DNA of 64,000 nt. It comes from an uncultured delta proteobacterium. GTDB taxonomy: Bacteria; Myxococcota_A; Polyangia; Haliangiales; Haliangiaceae. The notes under the pieces are model-generated. The model was not told the origin of the DNA. It searched no databases and was given only the letters and a program-made list of their open reading frames with translations. Every line of letters starts with the position of its first letter. Position 1 is the first letter of the stretch. A program made the position numbers and the translations under genes. Positions 1 to 8,908 of this stretch are shown piece after piece. The stretch spans positions 3,296,001-3,360,000 of the forward strand of contig CAWKDB010000010.1 in assembly GCA_963848295.1 (NCBI GenBank), in the 5' to 3' direction.

Positions 1-41
1 CTATTCGCCGTCCCAGTAGCTGGGGATCCGGATCGTCGCGG

Positions 42-539
42 TCAATTCGGGCGACACGGCGGAAGCTCGACCGCAACCCCGGCGTCGCCGAACACGTCAC
101 GATCGAACGCCCGCGCCTCTTCACAATCAGTCGAGAGTCCGAACAGCGCGAACGATTCGGTCGTGATCTCGAGCGCGGCGTGCGAAAGCGTGATCCCTCG
201 CGCCCGGAGGTTCGCGTCGTCGATCGGGCGGGAGAACTGGAGCACGTAGCCAGGCTGATGCAGGTTGTGCGGCGGCAGCGGCTCGACCCGGCACCAGCGA
301 GAGACCTCCGCCGAGCCGCCGTGCTGCGCCTGCTTCAAGTGGTCGACGAGTGCGTTGCACATCGCGACCGCGTCGAGTGGCTTGCCGGTGATCTCGAAGC
401 TCGTCCACGTCTCGCCGGTCCGCACGCGAGCGCTGATCGTCCGGCGCGGCCCCGCGGGCTCCGGCTCCGGCTCCGGCTGACTCGGCCGATCGTGCGACGA
501 GCACGCGACGAGCACGAGCAACGCCGCGGCACGCATCAT
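42..539 (-). CDS. Hypothetical lipoprotein
   Basis: Start moved to ATG 539, which overlaps the kinase stop (ATGA). The N-terminus MMRAAALLVLVAC is a lipobox-type signal. Confidence 0.65.
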   Translation of the reverse strand: MMRAAALLVLVACSSHDRPSQPEPEPEPAGPRRTISARVRTGETWTSFEITGKPLDAVAMCNALVDHLKQAQHGGSAEVSRWCRVEPLPPHNLHQPGYVLQFSRPIDDANLRARGITLSHAALEITTESFALFGLSTDCEEARAFDRDVFGDAGVAVELPPCRPN

Positions 540-2794
540 CCGCGACGATGCGGCACGATCGTCTGAGCGGTCGCGCGTTCGTCGCTCGCCCCCGGCGGTC
601 GCTGGTCGATCGTGCGACCGGGCATGATGACTTGTTGTTCGCTCGGCGACACCGAAGGGATCGGCGCCGGTGCGGTGTAGCCTTGCCACCAGGCGACCGA
701 TCGCGCGGTCGTCCAGGCATGGACCTCGGGGATCGGGATCGCGCGTAGTTGGTCCGACAGCATCTGAGCGTCGCGCGGCCGGTCGTCGGCCTCTTTCGCC
801 AAGCACGACACGATCAAGTCCTCGAGCTCGACCGGGAGCCAGCCCATGACTTGCGGCCGCAGCTCCGGCACCGGCTCGTAGATGTGGCGATGCAGCAGCT
901 TCGCGTCGCCGACGTCGCGCGAGAACACCTCGCGGCCGGTGAGCAGCCACCACGCGACGCAGCCCAGCGAGTACAGGTCGGCGCGGCCATCGAGCTGCAT
1001 GCCGAGGATCTGCTCGGGTCCCATGAACCCGGGCGTGCCGAGCATCGCGCCGAGCTGGGTCAGCCTCGGGGTCTCGAGCGGCGCCGACGGGATCGGCCCC
1101 TGGGCGTGGCGCACGGTGCCGGGCGGCTCGGACAGCGTCTGGACGATGCCGAAGTCGAGCAGCTTCGCGATGTCGAGCTCATCGGCGGCGCGGCATAGAA
1201 ATAGATTCGGCGGCTTGATGTCGCGATGGAGCATGCCGGCGCGATGTGCTTCGGCGAGCGATGACGCAGCGTCGGCGAGGAATGGGATCACGCGCGCGGC
1301 GGGCTGCGGCCCGTAGCGAACGACGAGCGACTCGAGATCGAGTCCGTCGAGCAGCTCCATGACGTAGTAGAAGACGCCCTCGGCGGTGACGCCGTAGTCG
1401 AAGATCTGGATCGTGTGGCGCGACTTCATCGAGGCGAGCGTCTGGGCTTCGCGGCGAAACCGCTCGCGGATCTCGCCCGCGTACTGCTCGTCGTGCATGA
1501 CCTCGGGCCGGATCAACTTGATCGCCGCCTGGCGGGCGAGCAGCTGGTGTTGCGCGCGCCACACCTCGCCCATGCCGCCGGCGCCGAGCTTCGCGACGAG
1601 CCGATAGCTGCCCATCTCGACGACGCGCGCCTCCGCGACGTTCGCCCGCTGCTTCGATGCCGCGACTTGCTTGCGCATGCGCACCAAGTTCCATGCGAGG
1701 ACGAGCGCGATGCCGACCGCCACCGCCAATGCGCCGGCACTCGCGATCACGCTCGAACGCTCGAGCGCGCGGGTCGGCCCGAGCAGCGTGCTCGTCGGCA
1801 CGACCGTCGCGACGTACCAATCGAGCGGCACCGCGACGCCGGCGCGCTTGCCGCCGATCGGCGCGACCGATGCGAGGTAACCGCCGTCGCTCGCGGTCAA
1901 GCTGAAGAACTCTTGCGTCTTGGGGCCGCGCGCACCGATCGCCGCAAACAGCGCCTCGACCGCCGGGTCGTGCAGATCCTCGTGACGCATCAGCTTGTCG
2001 CTCGACGGCAGCACGTACTGATCGCTCGCCGGGGACGCCAGGATCGTGCCATCGCCGGCGAACACGAACGAGCGCGCGCCGTCGAGCGCGGAGTGGACGA
2101 CGTAACCCGACAGCGTGGTGACATCGAAGTCGACCGTGAGCACGGCGACGAGCACGTGATCCGGCCCGAACACCGGCTCGCTACAGGTGACGCCGGTCGC
2201 GTGCGTCTTCGCGAACGTGTAGGGCTCGGTCCACGCGCGCGCCCCGGTCGTGACCGCGAGCGTGTAGAACGGCCGGGTGCGCGGATCGTAAGACATCATC
2301 TCGTGCATCCGCGGCGCGAGCGCTCCGTTCACGATGGTGAAGCGATGCACGTCGGTGCCGTTCGGAGTGATCCGACTCTCTTGGACCTCGAGCCCGCCGC
2401 TCGGCGTCACGTAGGCGCCGCGAAACGTGCCGGTCGGAAAGCTGACGCTGACGTACGACACCCCGGGCCGGCCGACGAGCAAGTCGTGCATGCGGACGAG
2501 CACCTCGTCGATCGGCTGCGACTCGTCGGCGAACGACGACAGCCGCGCGAGCAACGGATCGGCTTGATCGAGCGCGAACGCGACCTCGGTCTGCGTCGCC
2601 GCCGCTTGTTGCGCCAGCTGATGGCGCGCCATCTGTTCGGTCGCGGTCCGCGTCGCGCCGCGGCCGAGCAGCAAGATGCCGAGGCCGCACGCGACGACGA
2701 TCAGCGGCACCGTGATGATCACGCCGACCGGCGAAGCAAGCGCGCGCGCGAAGCGCGCCGGACCGCGGCCGCCGTCGAACGTCGTCTTAGCCAC
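536..2794 (-). CDS. Membrane Ser/Thr protein kinase with an extracytoplasmic Cache-like sensor domain
   Basis: Two TM segments flank a Cache-like region (YDPRTRPFY, WTEPY). Kinase motifs GAGGMGEV, AAIK, HRDIKPPN, DFG, GTPGFM are present. Confidence 0.9.
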   Translation of the reverse strand: MAKTTFDGGRGPARFARALASPVGVIITVPLIVVACGLGILLLGRGATRTATEQMARHQLAQQAAATQTEVAFALDQADPLLARLSSFADESQPIDEVLVRMHDLLVGRPGVSYVSVSFPTGTFRGAYVTPSGGLEVQESRITPNGTDVHRFTIVNGALAPRMHEMMSYDPRTRPFYTLAVTTGARAWTEPYTFAKTHATGVTCSEPVFGPDHVLVAVLTVDFDVTTLSGYVVHSALDGARSFVFAGDGTILASPASDQYVLPSSDKLMRHEDLHDPAVEALFAAIGARGPKTQEFFSLTASDGGYLASVAPIGGKRAGVAVPLDWYVATVVPTSTLLGPTRALERSSVIASAGALAVAVGIALVLAWNLVRMRKQVAASKQRANVAEARVVEMGSYRLVAKLGAGGMGEVWRAQHQLLARQAAIKLIRPEVMHDEQYAGEIRERFRREAQTLASMKSRHTIQIFDYGVTAEGVFYYVMELLDGLDLESLVVRYGPQPAARVIPFLADAASSLAEAHRAGMLHRDIKPPNLFLCRAADELDIAKLLDFGIVQTLSEPPGTVRHAQGPIPSAPLETPRLTQLGAMLGTPGFMGPEQILGMQLDGRADLYSLGCVAWWLLTGREVFSRDVGDAKLLHRHIYEPVPELRPQVMGWLPVELEDLIVSCLAKEADDRPRDAQMLSDQLRAIPIPEVHAWTTARSVAWWQGYTAPAPIPSVSPSEQQVIMPGRTIDQRPPGASDERATAQTIVPHRRG

Positions 2795-3539
2795 GCGACT
2801 CGTACACGCGTTGTGCCGGCAGCTCGAACGCGGTCAAGAACCCGCCCTTGCCGCAGGCGGTATCGAGGCCGACGCATGACTTGCCGGCCCACAGGTCCGT
2901 CGGATCGTCGGGCGTGTAGCTCGACAGCTCGTTCGGCAACGTGCGCGTCGTCGTGTGACCGAACACGACGAGCTTGCCGCGATAGTTCTCGAAGAAGTCG
3001 CGATCGCGCAGCCACAACAACGCGCGGGGCGGCTCGATCTTCGACGGATGCGGGAAGCCATCGCCGACGCGCTTGATCCCGGCATGGACGTAGATCGCGT
3101 GCTCGTTCTCGTAGAAGAACGGCAACGCGCGCATCCATGCGACGACGTCCTGGGGGAAGAACTTGCCCTCGAGCATCGCGTCGAACTCGTCGTTCGTCGG
3201 CGCCTCGGCTTCGCCGGGGACCGCCTCGCCGCGGAACGAGCGGAACGATTCGAGGCAGCCGTTGCCGCGCGGCAGGATGAACTCCGGCCAGCCCTTGTCG
3301 ATGACGTGCAGCCACGCGTCCTCGTGATTGCCACGCAGCGTGACGACCTTCGCAGGGCCCTTGTCCGCGAACGCGCGCACCCAGGCGATGACGCCGGCGG
3401 AGTCGGGGCCGCGGTCGATGTAGTCCCCGACGAAGACGACCGTGTCGTCGACGGTCAACGGCGGCAGGCGCTCGAACAGCGTCTGCAAGGCCTCTAGATC
3501 CCCGTGAATGTCTCCGACCGCGAAGGTACGACCCGGCAC
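2787..3539 (-). CDS. Metallophosphoesterase, PPP-family Ser/Thr phosphatase-like
   Basis: GDIHG, GDYIDRG, LRGNHE, VHAG, FGHT and LDT motifs. Overlaps the kinase start. Confidence 0.9.
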   Translation of the reverse strand: MPGRTFAVGDIHGDLEALQTLFERLPPLTVDDTVVFVGDYIDRGPDSAGVIAWVRAFADKGPAKVVTLRGNHEDAWLHVIDKGWPEFILPRGNGCLESFRSFRGEAVPGEAEAPTNDEFDAMLEGKFFPQDVVAWMRALPFFYENEHAIYVHAGIKRVGDGFPHPSKIEPPRALLWLRDRDFFENYRGKLVVFGHTTTRTLPNELSSYTPDDPTDLWAGKSCVGLDTACGKGGFLTAFELPAQRVYESRG

Positions 3540-3646
3540 GACGCCATCTTAGTGTAGGAAGCCGCGACGATCTCGCTCGGGTGTCGGCTTTGACCACGCC
3601 GATTTCAAGGCTTTGCACTGGCACGCCAAGTGGAGATACTGGACCC

Positions 3647-4348
3647 ATGCGGTATTCCCTCGTCGCGGTGGCCCTCGGAGTGTTGTCGGCGACCGCATAC
3701 GCGCAGGCGCCGGGCATGTACGACGCCGGTCCGCCAAGCGGTTCGGACCAGTTGCTGCCCGTCGTGCTGCCGGTCGCGGTGGTTCCGGTGCGCCCGTCGG
3801 TGATGGCGAATCGCTGGGCGGTCGGGCTCTCGGTCGGCGGGATGTCGCTGGAGCAGCACGGTGCGAACCAACCATCGAAGTTCAACATCGCCGAGCTCGG
3901 GCTGCGGTTTCGCATGACGCTCCACCTCGAGCTCGAGGCGAGCCTCGCGGGCGGCGGCGAGAAGCAAGACGGCGGCGATCAAGTCAGCGGCTTTGCGCTC
4001 ACCGCGCGCTATCGGTTCGCGCCGGAGCGTCGGTGGAACTGGTGGCTGCTCGGCGGCGCCGGCGTGATCGGCGTCGTGCCAACCGGCGCGACCGATCAGG
4101 AGAAGAGCGACGCGACGCGCGAAGAGCTCCACGCCGGCATCGGCCTCGAGCGCCGGTTCCACCGCTTCGCGCTGCAGGCCGAGCTGCGCGCGATCGCGAC
4201 CGGTCCCTCGAAAGGCGAGAGCGACGGTACCACGACGGTGATGCCGACCGCGGGTCGCAGTCCGATGACGACGCCGCCGACCGACTCGACGACCCCGACG
4301 GGCATGGCAGGCGGTCAGCTCACGATCGGCGCAAGCTTCTACTTCTAG
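3647..4348 (+). CDS. Secreted outer-membrane beta-barrel-like protein
   Basis: Signal peptide, alternating beta-strand pattern, C-terminal YF. Confidence 0.7.
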   Translation: MRYSLVAVALGVLSATAYAQAPGMYDAGPPSGSDQLLPVVLPVAVVPVRPSVMANRWAVGLSVGGMSLEQHGANQPSKFNIAELGLRFRMTLHLELEASLAGGGEKQDGGDQVSGFALTARYRFAPERRWNWWLLGGAGVIGVVPTGATDQEKSDATREELHAGIGLERRFHRFALQAELRAIATGPSKGESDGTTTVMPTAGRSPMTTPPTDSTTPTGMAGGQLTIGASFYF

Positions 4349-4705
4349 CCGCGGGCCCCGTCTCGCGAGCTTGAAGTTGGCACGGCGTCCGCCTCGCAGT
4401 CGATCGCTGCGAGATCACGAGCGCTTCGCGCGGCTGCCTTGCGAGGGCGCCCCGGCCTCGCTCGGGCGACGGCGCAGGCGCTGGTGGTTCCGGCGCCTCC
4501 GCGTAGCGACGCCGCTGCGCGGCGATCGCGCTTGCGCGCGAGTTGGAGTTTCTTACCGCGGGGCCGCGCGTCTCATCGCGCGCCTGCCCTCGGCTCCCCG
4601 AGGCTGTCCCTCGCGGCGACGCCGCGCTCAGCTGCGAGATCGCGAACGTCAGCGCTTGCGGCAGTGGACGAATTGCTGGCCAGTTCGCGTCGTGCTTGTG
4701 CGTGT
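4349..4705 (+). repeat. Long structured repeat, copy A
   Basis: Aligns by eye with the reverse complement of 5415-5774 and with 24600-24840. Shared blocks include GCTTCGCGCGGCTGCCTTGCGAGGGCG and CGCGTCTCATCGCGCGCCTGC. Confidence 0.9.
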
Positions 4706-4847
4706 CTGGCTCAGACGGATCGCCTCGCGCAGCTGGCCGCCCCGTTCGCGGAATTCGTCGCGCGGAGCGCAGCTCCGCGAAGCCGGGACGCGTGAAGGAC
4801 GCGTGAACCGGCGCACCTGGTGCAATGCAAGCGCGTAACTTCGCGTC

Positions 4848-5351
4848 ATGTCGAAAGGCGCACGCGTTGGGCTGGTCGCTGCCATTGCACTTGCGAGCGG
4901 GTGCATGAACGCCAACCAAACGATGGCAACGCTCGCGGGGTTTGGTGTGATCGCTGGCGCCGGCATGATCGCAGGGGGAGCCGTGCTATGCAGCGGACAG
5001 TCTTGCCTTCAATTTCAAGAAGAGCCCTCTAGCCCATCAGTCGGAGCGCAAGTTGGCACGCCCTTGTTGATCGTCGGAGTGGGGACCGTGATCGCGTCGG
5101 TCGTGCTCGAGATCATTGCTGGCCACAGGGAGGTTACGCACGGTGAAACTGTTCCGGCGTCGAGCGACGCCGACGCCGACGCCGCGCTAGCAAGAGCAAA
5201 ACAGCAGGCCGCAGCTGCCCTCGCTCGCGATGGTCATTGCGCCACGGTCAAGACGATCGCGAACCAGGTCCGCAGCCTCGACGAGGATTACTACTCTCGC
5301 GTGTTTGTCTTGGAGCCCGCGATTGCGGCGTGCTTGAGCGCGGCGCGGTAA
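4848..5351 (+). CDS. Small membrane lipoprotein (cargo between repeats A and B)
   Basis: Lipobox LASGC, two hydrophobic segments, visibly more A/T-rich than the flanks, TAACTT 6 nt before the ATG. Confidence 0.7.
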   Translation: MSKGARVGLVAAIALASGCMNANQTMATLAGFGVIAGAGMIAGGAVLCSGQSCLQFQEEPSSPSVGAQVGTPLLIVGVGTVIASVVLEIIAGHREVTHGETVPASSDADADAALARAKQQAAAALARDGHCATVKTIANQVRSLDEDYYSRVFVLEPAIAACLSAAR

Positions 5352-5414
5352 TTTTTGTAGCTCGGTCCGCTCGGTTACCCCAGGGCGACGGCGGACTCGG
5401 AGGCGGCAACGATG

Positions 5415-5774
5415 AGCAGGCACAGCACGAAAACAGTGGATCTTCATCCACAACGCCTGCACTCGTGCGCGAGCGCTCGCGATCACGTCGCTGAGTGCGG
5501 CGCGCCGCGAGGGACAGCCACGGAGAGCGAGTGCAGGCGCGCGATGAGACGCGAGGATCTTTGTGAAACACCTGCTCGCGCCCCAGCGCGATCGCCGGGT
5601 TGCGGCGTCGCTTCGCGAAGACGCTGGAACCACCGCGGCCTGCGCCGTAGCACGAGCGGATCCGGGTCGCCCTCGCAAGGCAGCCGCGCGAAGCTCTCGC
5701 GCGTACTCCGGTCGAAGACTGCGCGGTGGGCGCCGGGCCAACTGCAAGCTCGCGAGACGGGGCCCGGCGAGACT
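5415..5774 (-). repeat. Long structured repeat, copy B (inverted relative to A)
   Basis: The reverse complement contains GGGCCCCGTCTCGCGAGCTTG near its start, as A does, and stays collinear with A. Confidence 0.9.
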
Positions 5775-5778
5775 CTAG

Positions 5779-7415
5779 CCCGGATCATTCGTGATGGCTC
5801 CAGCTGACCGGCGCTTGGCGGCGGAGCCGCCTCGCGCACGGTCAGGGTACGTCGCGAGCTCGCATCGTTGCCGCGGCGCCACGCCGCAACGGTCGGCGAT
5901 CCGGGAGGCGGCGCACTGGTTGTCAAAGAATCGCCGACTACGTGACGCCGAGGTCGCGCGCCACGGCGAAGAAGATGTGGGCGAGCGGGAAGGCTCGCGG
6001 CAGGCGGACGAGGACGCGGCGGACGGATGCCGTGACGTGAGCCGCGACCTTGAGTAGCCGCAAGCGAAGAGTGTCCATCTGGGCGGTTGCGAGCCGAACG
6101 CGATCGGTGGAGACATACTCGGTGGCAGGGGCGACGCGCGCGACGGTGGCACGCAACGCATGCATCAAGCGGTAGGCGATGGCGTGCAGCAAGAGACGGA
6201 AGGCGTTGGCGACGAAGCGGTGACACGACAGACGATCGGCGTGGAGCGCGTTCTTGAGGTCCTTGATGAAGTTCTCCGACTGCCCGCGTGCGCAGTAGGC
6301 GACGTCATAGATGAGACCTGGGGAGAACTCGTCGAGCGTGGTCACCACGAATCGCGGATTCTCGCCGCGCTCGCTGTGCTCGACCTTGCAGATCACGTGA
6401 CGCTCGGCGGGCCAGGACTTCGAGGCGTACGACAGCCAAGTGAAGCGGCGAACGAATCGCTTGCCGTCGAGGAATTCCTCCTCGACGGAGGACCGCAGCG
6501 GCTTGGCAAACTCCAGCAGCCGCGAATTCTTCGCGACACCGATCACGTACTCGACGTCGCCGAGCTCGGCGTCAAGCTGCTCGAGGCGATCGAGGAGCTT
6601 GGGCATCGCAAACGCGGAGTCACCGCGCACCAGGATGCTTGCGTGGGGGCACCGTCGGCGAATGGCTCGAATCAGCCGCGTGAGGATCGTGATCGCACCC
6701 TTGGCGGCGTGCGCACGCCCGGGCCGGAGCAAGGCGGTGATCAGCTGCCCACTCAGGGCGTCGAACACGAGCAGCGGGTGAAGCATGTGCTGGTCGTAGA
6801 AGCCGTGGAAACACATGAGCTCCTGGTTGCCGTGGGTCTGGTCATCGGTGGAGTCGATGTCCAGAACGATCAGGTCGGTCGTCGATACGAGTTCGTCGAC
6901 GTAGACCTGCTCGTAGGCGCGAGTCAGCCGATTGAGCTCGCGACCGGTGATCGCGTTTTCGAACCGCGACAGCGTCGGCTGCGATGACATCGCGTGATCT
7001 TCGGCGTCGCACGCCAGGCGAAGTGCCGGATCGTGGCGCAACCAGTCCGCATCGTTGCAGTCCTCGTAGCCGAGGCAGATCTGATAGACGCGCTGCCGGA
7101 CTTGCTCGAGGCGCGAATGCCGAACTCGAGCTGAGTCGCGCCGATCGCCGAGTAACGCTGTCAGACGCGTCGTCAGCTCCAACCGCTCGTCGAGCTTGCG
7201 CAGCAGCACGACGCCGCCATCGGAGGACACCTGTTCGGCGTCAGCGCTCAGAATCGCGCGGCGGCGCTGGAACTGAAGCTCGATCGGTGGAATACACGGT
7301 GTCGTCGGTGCGTGGGCAAATTCGTTTGTCTTCACAAACAGCGAAACCTGCGTACCGGCACCGAAATTCCGGCGATGCGCTCCTCGCGGCGCGCTCCCTT
7401 CGCGAATGATCCGGG
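5779..7415 (-). mobile_element. IS1380-family insertion sequence, 1637 bp
   Basis: Terminal inverted repeats CCCGGATCATTCGTGA (5779-5794) and TCGCGAATGATCCGGG (7400-7415) match 15/16. CTAG direct repeats at 5775-5778 and 7416-7419. Confidence 0.93.
5938..7335 (-). CDS. IS1380-family DDE transposase
   Basis: Motifs SSDGG, GYEDCND, SQPTLSRFE, LDIDST, RGDS, RGQSENFIKDLK, SCHRFVANAFRL. Probable GTG start at 7335. Confidence 0.93.
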   Translation of the reverse strand: MKTNEFAHAPTTPCIPPIELQFQRRRAILSADAEQVSSDGGVVLLRKLDERLELTTRLTALLGDRRDSARVRHSRLEQVRQRVYQICLGYEDCNDADWLRHDPALRLACDAEDHAMSSQPTLSRFENAITGRELNRLTRAYEQVYVDELVSTTDLIVLDIDSTDDQTHGNQELMCFHGFYDQHMLHPLLVFDALSGQLITALLRPGRAHAAKGAITILTRLIRAIRRRCPHASILVRGDSAFAMPKLLDRLEQLDAELGDVEYVIGVAKNSRLLEFAKPLRSSVEEEFLDGKRFVRRFTWLSYASKSWPAERHVICKVEHSERGENPRFVVTTLDEFSPGLIYDVAYCARGQSENFIKDLKNALHADRLSCHRFVANAFRLLLHAIAYRLMHALRATVARVAPATEYVSTDRVRLATAQMDTLRLRLLKVAAHVTASVRRVLVRLPRAFPLAHIFFAVARDLGVT

Positions 7416-8822
7416 CTAGTCGGCGTCGACGGTGGCTTGGATCGCCGCGGCGACGATCTTGCCGAACCGCGTGCGATTCTCGGCGTCGAATTCCTCGGTG
7501 TACGGCAAGTGGATGAAGCCAGCGCGCTTGCCGGTCATCGCGCCGATGTCGGCGAACATGACGTTGTTGCAGACGTAGCGACCGGGGTCGGTGCTCGGTT
7601 GTGGCGCTTCGCCGAGAGCGACGAGCGCGGCGTTGATCGCATCGAGCGGGAGCAACGTCGCGCGCGTCGCGGCCGCGGCGGGATCGATCGGCTGCGAGAC
7701 CCGGATGACGCCGCGGTTGTCGGGCACGCCGCCGGTGACCTCGCCGGTGTCCTGCAAGTTGTACGCGGTCTGCTCGAGCGCGATCGCATCGCCGCCTTGG
7801 CCGAAGCTGATCACGATGTCGGGGGCGCAGCGCGCGATCGCGTCGGTCACCTCGGCCGGGGCGCGATCGTACTCGACCGGGATCACGAGGCGCATCACGC
7901 TCGCGCCGTGCAGCGAGCTCGGATCGAGCGCGGTGACCGCGACGCCGGAGACGTTGTCGTGCGTGCCGTCGGCGGGGAACGGCTGGAAGCCGGTGACGAG
8001 CACCTTCGCGGCGCCGCTGCCTTCGTAGTTGCAGGCCGGGACGGTGCGGCGCAACGTCGTGCGCGCGGCGGTCTCGGCGGCATCGACGCGAACGTCGGCG
8101 ACATCGCCGCGATTCGGCGCGAGATCGGCGACCGCGATGTCGTAGATCTTGCGGTACGCGGTGGTCTGCACCGTCGCGAGCGCTGTGACTTGCGCGGTGA
8201 CATCGACGCCATCGACCTCGACGCGGTCGAGCGCACGATCGGCGGGAAGCTCGAACGTGACGTGATCGCTGTCCGCGACGACGCCGGCACCGGGCGAGAT
8301 GACCAGGCCGAAGCGCGAGGGGAACACCTCGACATAATCGAACGCCAGCTGCGCGCCGGGCGCCGGGGTGACGCGAATGCCGACCGCATCGCCGTTCGAC
8401 GACCATGCGACTGGAACGTCGAGCCACGCGGCATCGCTGCGCAGCGTCTCGACCGTGAGCGTCGTCGTCGCGAGCGTCGCGCCGTGGTCGGTGACGTCGA
8501 TCGTCGCGATCAAACCGCTCGCGGCGTGCGCATCGACGCGCAGGCGCGCACTCGCGATCAGATCGCCGACCTGTTGCCCGCCGTTGACGTCGCCGCTGCA
8601 CGCCGAGGTGAGCTCGACCGCGCCGTCGCTCACGCTGCCTTGGCACAGCCCTTCGGCCTCGGTGACGATCGCGTTGATCGGGTGACCGGCGCCGTCGTAC
8701 TTGCCGTCGAGAAAGTCGCGCAACAGGCCAGCGTTCGGATCGCTCGTCGATCCTGGGCCCGAGCTCGCGCACGCGGCGAGCGCCGCAGCGACGGTAACCG
8801 CGATGAAATGTTCGAGGCGCAC
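7416..8822 (-). CDS. Lipoprotein with C-terminal pyroglutamyl-peptidase I (C15) domain
   Basis: Lipobox LAAC. Peptidase motifs VLVTGFQPF, IALE, DPGRYVCN, GFIHLP. The start is an estimate. Confidence 0.85.
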   Translation of the reverse strand: MRLEHFIAVTVAAALAACASSGPGSTSDPNAGLLRDFLDGKYDGAGHPINAIVTEAEGLCQGSVSDGAVELTSACSGDVNGGQQVGDLIASARLRVDAHAASGLIATIDVTDHGATLATTTLTVETLRSDAAWLDVPVAWSSNGDAVGIRVTPAPGAQLAFDYVEVFPSRFGLVISPGAGVVADSDHVTFELPADRALDRVEVDGVDVTAQVTALATVQTTAYRKIYDIAVADLAPNRGDVADVRVDAAETAARTTLRRTVPACNYEGSGAAKVLVTGFQPFPADGTHDNVSGVAVTALDPSSLHGASVMRLVIPVEYDRAPAEVTDAIARCAPDIVISFGQGGDAIALEQTAYNLQDTGEVTGGVPDNRGVIRVSQPIDPAAAATRATLLPLDAINAALVALGEAPQPSTDPGRYVCNNVMFADIGAMTGKRAGFIHLPYTEEFDAENRTRFGKIVAAAIQATVDAD

Positions 8823-8888
8823 GGGCTGAACAGCAGCACCCGCCGTGCCACGATCGAGGCCAGCGCTATCGCGGCGTTGCCGGCCGCT

Positions 8889-8904
8889 GGCTAGTCGCCT
8901 AGCC
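8889..8904. terminator. Short hairpin downstream of the PhzF-family gene
   Basis: GGCTAG-TCGC-CTAGCC inverted repeat with no U-tract. Confidence 0.35.
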
Positions 8905-8908
8905 GGCT

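Noticed and set aside
4349..5774. Integron cassette with attC sites
   Set aside because: The repeats are inverted rather than direct and too long. No integrase or clear RYYYAAC/GTTRRRY ends were seen.
7336..8772. 944-aa transposase fusion in the ORF track
   Set aside because: The N-terminal half is an Arg-rich alternate frame of the peptidase gene and crosses the IS terminal repeat.
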